IMG/VR virus record: IMGVR_UViG_3300020409_000014
Span: 10,503-74,502 of that record
Reading direction: 5' to 3' (one strand)
Source: a virus
Lineage: Duplodnaviria > Caudoviricetes
DNA length: 64,000 nt
Positions within the stretch are counted from its first letter, which is position 1. The number at the start of each line of letters is the position of its first letter. The translations under genes and the position numbers were made by a program. Of the stretch, positions 48,495 to 56,752 are shown in pieces. The notes under the pieces are model-generated. The model saw only the letters and a program-made list of their open reading frames with translations, did not search any database and was not told where the DNA came from.

Positions 48495-48552
48495 ATTATA
48501 CTAGTTAACCATGCGGTAGTGTATAATAGTGGTCAGTTTCTCAACTGACACA
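48495..48552 (-). promoter_or_regulatory. Early promoter copy 7
   Basis: TATAAT 48495-48500; GTGGTCAG-N8-CTGACACA 48529-48552; shared GCGGTAG box. Confidence 0.7.
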
Positions 48553-48662
48553 CTCATTCTATGATAACCTTGTGCAACCAATATCTGACCAGTAACAACA
48601 GATACTGTTGCTACTCCCCAGAATATGTAATACCACTTTGATTTAATTTGATACCTTTTCAT
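48501..48662 (-). CDS. Small membrane protein (53 aa)
   Basis: Manual translation MKRYQIKSKWYYIFWGVATVSVVTGQILVAQGYHRMSVSVEKLTTIIHYRMVN. Confidence 0.7.
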   Translation of the reverse strand: MKRYQIKSKWYYIFWGVATVSVVTGQILVAQGYHRMSVSVEKLTTIIHYRMVN

Positions 48663-48664
48663 AA

Positions 48665-49885
48665 TTATATTAGGGCGGTAGGTGCCACTCCTTGAATAAA
48701 GATTTCATCAACAACTCTTTGTAGTCTCTTGACTACTGCACTACCATAGTTATTGTGAATTGGGACTGTTAAGTAACCAGTTGGTTTTTTATAAAACTGA
48801 CATGCACCTGCAGGAATGCGTCCCTCAGCAATATTACGAGAGTCCTCTTTGTGCATTCTGATCACTCTACCAATAGTTTGTGCCATTGCAACAATATTAA
48901 GATTTCTCAATAATATACAATGGGTTAGACCATGCACATTGATACCTTCAGATAATATGCTGTAATGCATAACAACAAATTTCTTGTTGTCATCCTTACC
49001 CCAGTCAGACAATGTTTCCATGAATACTTCACGATTAACTTTCTGATCATTGACATATGCACCATACTTTGATGTTACATGCAAATAGTCATAACCTCTG
49101 AGTCTCAACTGAGATAATAGAGTTGTATGACCTATCATATTACCTAACTGTGCACTACTAGGGACTGCGATCAATACTTTACTAGCGTGATCTTCATCAA
49201 GTCCATCAAGTATCTCAGCAACTGTGTCTGTGTGTGTCTCGTGCATAGTATCCTTCTCTAGTGTGCGATTAGAATTAAATGGCACAATAGTTGGCGATAC
49301 AATACTACCGTTAGCGATCAACTCTGGTGCAGGGACTGACTCTAATACATGTCCATACACATATGTGTTATTCATACCACGAGTATAGATACCCTCTTGC
49401 TTACGAGCACTACGAGGTGTTGCTGTGAAAAAGTAACACTTCTTTGCTTCAAGACTAGCATCCATAGTTTTAGGGAAAAATCCTCTAGTAACACTATTGT
49501 GTGCTTCATCAAAATAGATACAGTCAATAGCAATGTCACTATCAAGTATCTTATGTAATGAGTGATATGTAGTGAATATAATATTATTGTCATCACTATT
49601 ACCAATAAAATCAGCAATTTTGTCTGACTTAGTTGTGCTGTAATAGTGTGTCTCTCCTGAGTGCACATGAATTACACGTCCCTTGACATGCTCCATGAAA
49701 TCATCACACAACTGCTGAGCAAGTAATATGCGTGGTGCAACCACAACAATATTACCAGTAACCTCTTTAGCGTGCTGTATCATGATGAATGTTTTACCAC
49801 CACCAGTAGGCACAATAACTTGTCCTTTATCTGATCTGCTCATAGCATTTAATGCTCTTTGCTGATGTGGGCGAAGTGTAATCAA
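48665..49885 (-). CDS. Superfamily 2 (DEAH/type III Res-like) helicase
   Basis: LRPHQ Q-motif, PTGGGKT Walker A, FDEAH, FTATPR, SEGINV, QTIGRVIR; likely TTG start at 49885 because the upstream extension overlaps the promoter. Confidence 0.9.
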   Translation of the reverse strand: MITLRPHQQRALNAMSRSDKGQVIVPTGGGKTFIMIQHAKEVTGNIVVVAPRILLAQQLCDDFMEHVKGRVIHVHSGETHYYSTTKSDKIADFIGNSDDNNIIFTTYHSLHKILDSDIAIDCIYFDEAHNSVTRGFFPKTMDASLEAKKCYFFTATPRSARKQEGIYTRGMNNTYVYGHVLESVPAPELIANGSIVSPTIVPFNSNRTLEKDTMHETHTDTVAEILDGLDEDHASKVLIAVPSSAQLGNMIGHTTLLSQLRLRGYDYLHVTSKYGAYVNDQKVNREVFMETLSDWGKDDNKKFVVMHYSILSEGINVHGLTHCILLRNLNIVAMAQTIGRVIRMHKEDSRNIAEGRIPAGACQFYKKPTGYLTVPIHNNYGSAVVKRLQRVVDEIFIQGVAPTALI

Positions 49886-49906
49886 TGTATTCGTGTCGTT
49901 GAAATC

Positions 49907-49963
49907 ATTATAACACAAAAATGGGGTGCTGTGCACCCCTCAGACAGTTATTTAATTGGCACA
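49907..49963 (-). promoter_or_regulatory. Early promoter copy 8
   Basis: TATAAT 49907-49912; TCAGACAG-N8-TTGGCACA 49940-49963. Confidence 0.65.
49917..49940 (-). terminator. Terminator-like hairpin inside promoter copy 8
   Basis: GGGGTGC/GCACCCC 7-bp stem, 3-nt loop, followed by ATTTTT on minus strand. Confidence 0.6.
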
Positions 49964-50027
49964 AATAGGTGGGACGAAACAAACATAATAAAGAATGTTG
50001 TTTCGCCTCTAATATAATAGCATATAA

Positions 50028-50354
50028 TTATCTCTTGTCAACCTCTGGTAACATATCATTTCCAGGATGATCGTCGATCTTCCCTTTGTATGACTTACCA
50101 TATTGCTTAATTGCTTCGACTTCTACGTCTCCCCATTGGTTAGGATATACACATATACAACATTTATTATATTTCCTTCGTGCTCCCTCTGGATTTAATT
50201 TCTTCCCTACACAAATAGTGATATACTCATCACTAACAAATTCAATAGTCCCCTCTAGACCATCAAATTTTGCTTTACGTCCTACCTCTAGATGTTTCAT
50301 AATGTTTCGTAACTCTATTCGGTCGGCATTAGATATGATAAGTGGGATTGTCAT
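50028..50354 (-). CDS. Hypothetical protein (108 aa)
   Basis: GTIEFVSDEYITICV...CCICVYP..W, a common cyanophage-type small protein. Confidence 0.75.
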   Translation of the reverse strand: MTIPLIISNADRIELRNIMKHLEVGRKAKFDGLEGTIEFVSDEYITICVGKKLNPEGARRKYNKCCICVYPNQWGDVEVEAIKQYGKSYKGKIDDHPGNDMLPEVDKR

Positions 50355-50544
50355 CTAATATCTCTTGTTTAAGATGTAGTTTGTCAATAATTTGTGAGAT
50401 CAAATCTAAATCTCCTTGGGGCACTCCGCTGTAGTCCTTATACATTTTTGCTTGATAGACAAACAAACATTTTCTAATCAGATTTTTCTCGCTCTCTTGT
50501 AAGATTTGATCTTTAGCAAACATGAGTCCCTCCATCATTATCAA
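50329..50544 (-). CDS. Hypothetical protein (about 64-71 aa)
   Basis: LQESEKNLIRKCLFVYQ...LIS.IIDKLHL. Confidence 0.65.
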   Translation of the reverse strand: MIMMEGLMFAKDQILQESEKNLIRKCLFVYQAKMYKDYSGVPQGDLDLISQIIDKLHLKQEILDDNPTYHI

Positions 50545-50567
50545 TATTTAGTATAACTAACCACAAA

Positions 50568-51284
50568 TCACTTTGTCCAGAATAACAGGGTTTGCTCATA
50601 CATTAATTCTTTGACTTTAGAGGGATTCATCCCTGCTACTCCTAGATCATCCTCTGTGTATGGATGCTTAAGTTTACTTGCTACATCCAATAACTCATTA
50701 CGTTGCTCTATCCCCATAAACTTGAATGCCATCATATATCTATTCCATAAGAAATATGGTGTAGGTGTGCGTCCTGAGTGTGGTATTCTACCATCAAAAA
50801 TGACCACTCTACCTGGTTTTGGGACGACTGCGTGGACTATATCTAACTTATCATCATAAAATATAGTCTCCCCACCATAATTAGGTATCCAATACTCATT
50901 CATATAAACTATCATAGTGCATTGATTATCACACCAGTATGGTGCATCACAATGTATGCGTGGTGCATCCCCATGCTTGAGCACATTCATGTATGCACTA
51001 TATAATGTTTCTCTGGCAGGTACGGGCACATGTGAGCATGCTTCGAGTCTGTCTAACACCCATTGATATAGATGATGACCTGAGCATTGATCGAAAGGTT
51101 TACTTCCATGATGATCTACTGAATAGAAATCATGTGTATAATATGTCCCTCTAAGATCAACCTCTTCCATGTTAGTTTGTGGCAAATCTTGGCGTCCATG
51201 ATAATAAGGTAACTCTATTGCTTGACGACACAAATCACTATCCAATATATCTGTGTCATATATTTTAATTAATGGATGCTTCAT
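50568..51284 (-). CDS. 2OG-Fe(II) oxygenase (prolyl-hydroxylase-like)
   Basis: IHCDAP (HxD), TMIVYMN.YW...YGGETIFY, PGRVVIFDGRIPHSG, R..MAFK. Confidence 0.88.
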   Translation of the reverse strand: MKHPLIKIYDTDILDSDLCRQAIELPYYHGRQDLPQTNMEEVDLRGTYYTHDFYSVDHHGSKPFDQCSGHHLYQWVLDRLEACSHVPVPARETLYSAYMNVLKHGDAPRIHCDAPYWCDNQCTMIVYMNEYWIPNYGGETIFYDDKLDIVHAVVPKPGRVVIFDGRIPHSGRTPTPYFLWNRYMMAFKFMGIEQRNELLDVASKLKHPYTEDDLGVAGMNPSKVKELMYEQTLLFWTK

Positions 51285-51994
51285 TCTATAAAACCAATAG
51301 TATTATTAAACTCATCATATCCTCCTCTGTCTATGTTAGTCATTTCATATGCTGTGACATTCATAGTCATGACATATCTATTGCTATCACTATTGTTTGC
51401 CCCTGTCCTATGCTTTAACCAACCAGGAAAATATACAACATCATTTGTTTTTACTGGTATATCTATCCAATGGTCTTGTCTAGGCATTTCATAACCATCA
51501 TCAACAGGTTCTGCATACTTAAATATATGCAAAGGGTTAAGAATTTGCAGGTTACCACTACCTTCTGGCACATCTAAGTATGCACAAATTGCAACGGTGA
51601 CATTGTGGTGATGATGCTCTAAGGTTGTTGCCTTGGGTGGGTGTCTATTAATCCAACTCTCTGTCATATTACGATAGACACCTTTAAGTGACCACATATC
51701 CCAAACCTGATCAACAATACTAGGAATATGATTGTTAGTCAGATCATCAAATACTCTCCACCCATGTGGGGGGTCATGACGACATCTACCAACTGACGAG
51801 ACACCACCAACTTCTAGTGCTGAGTTTTTGTATATTGAATTAGGACTCTCTATAAAATCTAAAAACACATCCGTCTCTCCCTTGATATCTTTCCAAATAT
51901 CTGAGAGATTATAATGTGATCGAAATATGAATGGATATGGATTAATAGATGTTATACCATTTCCAATCGACTGGTCTGGTAATGCTGTGAGCAT
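51281..51994 (-). CDS. Putative 2OG-Fe(II) oxygenase (TIGR02466-like)
   Basis: ESWINRH, HHHH, AYLDVPEGSGNL, VVYFPGWLKHRT, RYVMTMN; start trimmed to ATG 51994. Confidence 0.8.
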   Translation of the reverse strand: MLTALPDQSIGNGITSINPYPFIFRSHYNLSDIWKDIKGETDVFLDFIESPNSIYKNSALEVGGVSSVGRCRHDPPHGWRVFDDLTNNHIPSIVDQVWDMWSLKGVYRNMTESWINRHPPKATTLEHHHHNVTVAICAYLDVPEGSGNLQILNPLHIFKYAEPVDDGYEMPRQDHWIDIPVKTNDVVYFPGWLKHRTGANNSDSNRYVMTMNVTAYEMTNIDRGGYDEFNNTIGFIE

Positions 51995-52664
51995 GATATA
52001 AAGAGTAGTGGTGGACTGGGATGCTGAGAGATATTCTCTCTTCGCTTGGTTGTGCTTGATGATAACAACGTGGTGGTATGTATAATGCGTCCCCTGCATT
52101 TAACTCCACATCTATGGCAGGTGTAAAACTATCATAGTCAACCTGTGCATCACCTGGCGTTGCTTGAGCAACAAATGTTGCTCTCCTCTCATTAAATACT
52201 TTCCATTTAGTTTTACCTCTCAACTGGACTATGAAATTATTAGGCAAGTCCTCATGTATATAGAAACTATTTGACTGACCCATCCCACAATATATTTGAA
52301 ACTGACTATCTCCTGAGAATATCTTAGACCATTGATCTACCATGTCCATGATCTTCTCACTTCTAAATGAATAGTTATTGATAATAAATGTGTGTCCCTC
52401 TTTGAATAAATGAAATAGCTCGCTCTTCTCTTCCCATCCTTGTCCTGCCCATGATCTTGGATGCTTTTGTGGGTTTATCTTTTGTATCTCATGTTTACTT
52501 ACTACATCTATGTCAAAGAAATTGGGCAAATTAAGGCAATATTCGACATCTTTCCATGTGCATATATCATCACACTCTTTCTTATCTAAGACTTGCTCAT
52601 AATAATATGGCAAATCCTGATCCCAATTTCTATCAAATAATTTAAGCGGAAGTAAGAATGTCAT
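51942..52664 (-). CDS. JmjC/cupin-4 family oxygenase (YcfD/RoxA-like)
   Basis: FYIHED, FIVQLRGKTKWKVF, LNAGDALYIPPRCYHQA, RISLSIP. Confidence 0.85.
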   Translation of the reverse strand: MTFLLPLKLFDRNWDQDLPYYYEQVLDKKECDDICTWKDVEYCLNLPNFFDIDVVSKHEIQKINPQKHPRSWAGQGWEEKSELFHLFKEGHTFIINNYSFRSEKIMDMVDQWSKIFSGDSQFQIYCGMGQSNSFYIHEDLPNNFIVQLRGKTKWKVFNERRATFVAQATPGDAQVDYDSFTPAIDVELNAGDALYIPPRCYHQAQPSEERISLSIPVHHYSLYHAHSITRPVDWKWYNIY

Positions 52665-53316
52665 GTGGCATCCCCCTAAAATTAAAATTCAATACTATTC
52701 TATACTGATTGATCTTTGGATTAGATGATGCGTGGAATCTATTACCATTAAACAATACAAACTTATTTTCTTCTGGTCTGTGTCTCTCTGCTACTGTGTA
52801 ATTCTGTGTAAATATATCATTGATACGTTTGTTTACGTCTCCATTGGGGTTATCGCATTGATCAAATAATACAGTATCTCCATCACTATCGTGGAAATAA
52901 TATATACCAGTCATGTGCTTACTATCATGATCTGTATGTGGTGTATTATAATCTTCTACAACATGATTATGATGTAGCATTGCTAATCTTAATCTAAACA
53001 ATTCAAATGTGCCACGTCCTAACCTATCTTGTAAAGTATCTACGATAGGGATAAAGAGATCATAATAATTTGAGACTGGTTGTCCATCATGAAATAATAC
53101 ATGAGTCCATCCCACACTAGTTTGTTTAGGTGGCGATTTCAGATCGGTGTCATCAGTATTAAGATTAACGTTACCAAACTGATAATTATATCCACTACCA
53201 AACGTAACATCATGTGGTAGGAAATACCAAGGAAATCCCCTTGACGTCATTGTATCTATTAATCTATTCAGATACGTCTTCGTTAAAAGATTCGATAGAC
53301 TTCTGGATACTACCAT
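52642..53316 (-). CDS. Putative 2OG-Fe(II) oxygenase
   Basis: PHTDH (HxD), TGIYYFHDSDGDTVLF, FVLFNGNRFHASS, RIVLNFNF; start trimmed to ATG 53316. Confidence 0.82.
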   Translation of the reverse strand: MVVSRSLSNLLTKTYLNRLIDTMTSRGFPWYFLPHDVTFGSGYNYQFGNVNLNTDDTDLKSPPKQTSVGWTHVLFHDGQPVSNYYDLFIPIVDTLQDRLGRGTFELFRLRLAMLHHNHVVEDYNTPHTDHDSKHMTGIYYFHDSDGDTVLFDQCDNPNGDVNKRINDIFTQNYTVAERHRPEENKFVLFNGNRFHASSNPKINQYRIVLNFNFRGMPHDILTSA

Positions 53317-53935
53317 AATTAATATGCTTAGAGTATAATGTAATGTTAAATGAATATGATATTCTCTCTTCACTACTTTTATTTGTTTCGACCTTATGTA
53401 ACATGTCTGCAGGAAATATAAACAACTGATCTGGTTTAGGGTCGTATGCAGCTACTTCATAATTTAATGGATTTGTGCCATTATCATAGTTATGTCCTGT
53501 GCCCCATGATCTAAATTTATGTAACTCATCAAAGGGTCTCATAAAAGTGATTCCACCTGATTTATCAGGTATCTTTGAATAATAAACTCCACCAAACATT
53601 GCACCAGGATGTGAATGTATGTGATTAAGATCACCTGGCGAATTTATATTTAACCATCCATTTGTCAATAACATACCATAGTCTTTGAATCCTAAATCTT
53701 GACATGCAACATCTACGACATCATAAACTGCTTCTGTTAAGTTAGATAGTGGTTTAAGTGTGTGCATTCTTTCACTACCCCAGTCAAATGACTGGAATCC
53801 ACCTTCATTTGATGCTTTTCTACCTGACATTGATCCACGATGCACCGTAGCAAATTCGTTAAAATGATCAGTATCAAGTCCACAGTCTTCCTTGTGCCAT
53901 ATACCACGAGGAAACCAATAATCACATTTAATCAT
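53264..53935 (-). CDS. Putative 2OG-Fe(II) oxygenase (TIGR02466-like)
   Basis: GWLNINSPGDLNHIHSHPGAMFGGVYY, LFIFPADMLHKV, RISYSFN. Confidence 0.88.
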   Translation of the reverse strand: MIKCDYWFPRGIWHKEDCGLDTDHFNEFATVHRGSMSGRKASNEGGFQSFDWGSERMHTLKPLSNLTEAVYDVVDVACQDLGFKDYGMLLTNGWLNINSPGDLNHIHSHPGAMFGGVYYSKIPDKSGGITFMRPFDELHKFRSWGTGHNYDNGTNPLNYEVAAYDPKPDQLFIFPADMLHKVETNKSSEERISYSFNITLYSKHINYGSIQKSIESFNEDVSE

Positions 53936-54304
53936 TTAATCTTCAAATGTAAAGTCTTTGTCAGTTACATCAGGGTCAACATGCATTTTATAGAGATATA
54001 GTGCTTCTACTGCTCCCTGTAATTTGTTGAGTTTGTCCTTCTTCTCTTGTAATCCTTCGAGAGATACACGAGTAACGGTAGATGAGTATGACATATTGTC
54101 TAGTGCCTCTCCCATCTTTTTATACTCTGCTAGTGTATCTTTATGTTGGTCACAAAAATCTTGGACTAATTGATCATATGTGAGTCTAATAGGATTACCA
54201 TCTTCATCACAATAGATACCTTGTCTTTCCTCAGGCGACACACCTGCCAACTCATTGAGTTGTACCTCTTCTGTAGTGCCACTATTTAAGTTGTTAGCTT
54301 CCAT
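53936..54304 (-). CDS. Acidic coiled-coil hypothetical protein (122 aa)
   Basis: Abuts neighbours; LEGLQEKKDKLNKLQGAVEAL heptads. Confidence 0.7.
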   Translation of the reverse strand: MEANNLNSGTTEEVQLNELAGVSPEERQGIYCDEDGNPIRLTYDQLVQDFCDQHKDTLAEYKKMGEALDNMSYSSTVTRVSLEGLQEKKDKLNKLQGAVEALYLYKMHVDPDVTDKDFTFED

Positions 54305-55167
54305 TAATCAAACCTCTTTAGATTTTCGTTAAGTGAGTTAATTTTCTTATGATCTTGGATACGATCATTCAATTTGGTATTCTCAATAAATGATTTAGTC
54401 TTGAGATAATCCATCATTCTTTCTGCCTTGTAATCTGCATCATTTGCTGTTTCAATGACAACACTAAACTCCTTAGTATCTAGCCACTTTCTAGGTATGG
54501 GTATCCATTGACATAAAGGTGTCCCTGCTGTGACTATTTCGTCTCCATCCATTGCGTGCCAAAACAGTTGTAAGTTGATTTCATATGAATATGACGGATC
54601 AACGATCCCTGTAGGTGCACTAAATCGCTTGTCATCACTATATGATACTGGGATTTGCAATATCACAATATCAGGATGTGCCATGACTCTCCAAGGTGTC
54701 TCTAGTTTAACTACCTGCCCTAAGGTAGGTTGTGCTTTGTTAACTAGATCACGCATTCCATCAGTTTGTCTCTCGATATGCGAGGTAACATATTTACCTC
54801 CAACAAACAACTGACGTGTTACCCATTGGAATGTCCCTTTCTCTTTGTCAGGACGAATGGCAAAATCTGCAGGTGCAGGCAAAATCCAACCACTATCCAT
54901 GATCTGAGTAATAGCAGGGCAAGTTGCTGCATGCTCCTTGATGCCATTATCTTGCATCTTTAGATTATCAAATGTTTCTTTGAGTGCCAAAACAGGGCAA
55001 TCGCTCTTGTTTTTATGTTGCTCTTTTAATACATTGATTCTCCATTGACGCTTCAACTTTTGTGATGGATATAAGGGATAAAATTCTGCAACACCTGCAT
55101 CCATTGAATAAAATCTTATCCAAGGTTTTTGGAATTTACCTTTAATTTTCTTCCACAAGTTAGGCAT
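54304..55167 (-). CDS. Hypothetical protein with divergent trimeric dUTPase-like fold
   Basis: 287 aa; CPAI..IMDSGWILPAPADF, VKLETPW, GIVDPSY (dUTPase motif-3-like), AGTPLCQWIP. Confidence 0.55.
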   Translation of the reverse strand: MPNLWKKIKGKFQKPWIRFYSMDAGVAEFYPLYPSQKLKRQWRINVLKEQHKNKSDCPVLALKETFDNLKMQDNGIKEHAATCPAITQIMDSGWILPAPADFAIRPDKEKGTFQWVTRQLFVGGKYVTSHIERQTDGMRDLVNKAQPTLGQVVKLETPWRVMAHPDIVILQIPVSYSDDKRFSAPTGIVDPSYSYEINLQLFWHAMDGDEIVTAGTPLCQWIPIPRKWLDTKEFSVVIETANDADYKAERMMDYLKTKSFIENTKLNDRIQDHKKINSLNENLKRFD

Positions 55168-56752
55168 AAATGTTATCTCTTAGATACTCATAGTGAGTTG
55201 GTAGTTTATCTACTTGATTATATATTGCTTCACGATCACGTTGCCAATCTTTATGCACTTGCTCCACCTCTCCTCTACGACGAGGGTAGATAAAATGTGC
55301 TTCATTAACATTATGCTCGTTAATAGGTCTAAATGATTGACCTGCTGCAATATAAATTAGTCCTTCAAATTTATCTGTAGTCCAGAAATTCTTTCTGAGA
55401 CCCTCATATAATTGGAAGTATTCCCTTCGTGATTCTAGCATAGAATGCCATGAAAGGCAATCATTCATGTATTGTGTTAAGTCATGATTACTGAATAATG
55501 CTGTATTAAGAGTAGCATCTTTCCAATACTGTGTGTCATCACGTTGAGATAAGACATAATGCATGCCAATAAAGTATTTCATAGACTCTATTGCATGATC
55601 TACTGTGTAATTATAACTGTCAATATCTATTTTAGTTACTTTCTTACGACGTTTAAGTGTGTCCACAAGATACATTAGATTCTCATGTGTAGTCATGAGT
55701 CCAGTAGATTCTAGTGGCTCGAGGAAACCATAGGCTAAACCTATTCCTACAACATTATTGACCCATGCTTTCTCTCTCTTACCATGTCTTATATTAATCA
55801 GGCGATAATCAGCATTATCGGCAATTTTGGGCGAATATCGTTGTGCTATGTAACTTATGAATTCTGCCTGTGCTATCTCAGGGTCAATATATTTTCTACT
55901 GAATACATATCCTGCTCCCACTCTGTCCCATAGTGGTATATTCCATGACCACCCATTAGACATTGCTACACAATCTGTGTAGTTATCCATCTGATTTTCA
56001 CGATCCGAATATTGGATCTTAGCTGCCCATGCTGTGTCATTAAACAACACATCATTGAATGATACAAACTTAGATCCCATTATCTTTTCTAGGATCAGAG
56101 ATTTGAAACCTGTGCAATCAATGTAGAGATCTGCCATGATTCTATCTCCACTATCTGTATTCATAGTGATTACATTACCAGTCTCATCACGAGTGGCATT
56201 GATTACGTTACCTGTATATACTTTCACATCAGGATAACGGTGACTCAAAAATTCACCAAACTTTTCACTATCCATGTGATATGCTGTATCCTGTTGAAAA
56301 TTCCAATTTTGCATTTCATTAGAAATGAATTCAGAAGTCATTTTATTTTCTTCTGACAATATTGTATTAGGATTAAAGAAACGTGCAAACTCCTCTGGTG
56401 GATATAGGTGAGGATATCTCACCTGCAACTCAAAGAATGACATGTAATCTCGGTGATGGCAACGTCCAAATGGATATTGAAATCTCTCACCTTCATTATC
56501 TCTAAAATTTTTAAATGCGATTGATGATTTATATGTGGCATTACAATATGGCATCCACTCTTTATCTTTTAATCCGAGAAATCTAAAAAACCTATTAATA
56601 TGTCCTAAGGTAGATTCTCCTACACCAATAATCTTTCTACCCTCAGGTTGTATGAGACTGACCTCACACTCTGGGTATGCTGTTTTCAATGTTGCTGCAG
56701 ACATCCATCCAGATGACCCACCACCTATAATACAAAATGATCTATACTGCAT
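55160..56752 (-). CDS. Flavin-dependent tryptophan halogenase-like protein
   Basis: IIGGGSSGW, GVGEST, CNATYK (catalytic Lys context), YHMD, IDCTGF, GWSWNIP (WxWxIP), FLEPLES. Confidence 0.9.
   Translation of the reverse strand: MQYRSFCIIGGGSSGWMSAATLKTAYPECEVSLIQPEGRKIIGVGESTLGHINRFFRFLGLKDKEWMPYCNATYKSSIAFKNFRDNEGERFQYPFGRCHHRDYMSFFELQVRYPHLYPPEEFARFFNPNTILSEENKMTSEFISNEMQNWNFQQDTAYHMDSEKFGEFLSHRYPDVKVYTGNVINATRDETGNVITMNTDSGDRIMADLYIDCTGFKSLILEKIMGSKFVSFNDVLFNDTAWAAKIQYSDRENQMDNYTDCVAMSNGWSWNIPLWDRVGAGYVFSRKYIDPEIAQAEFISYIAQRYSPKIADNADYRLINIRHGKREKAWVNNVVGIGLAYGFLEPLESTGLMTTHENLMYLVDTLKRRKKVTKIDIDSYNYTVDHAIESMKYFIGMHYVLSQRDDTQYWKDATLNTALFSNHDLTQYMNDCLSWHSMLESRREYFQLYEGLRKNFWTTDKFEGLIYIAAGQSFRPINEHNVNEAHFIYPRRRGEVEQVHKDWQRDREAIYNQVDKLPTHYEYLRDNIYA

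Noticed and set aside
49886-49936. N-terminal 17 aa of the helicase as given in the track
   Set aside because: Overlaps the -10 box and hairpin; the Q-motif begins right after the TTG at 49885
37828-49963. CRISPR array or transposon inverted repeats
   Set aside because: Repeats are degenerate, 0.5-3 kb apart, separated by genes and at fixed distance from -10 boxes; no cas or transposase
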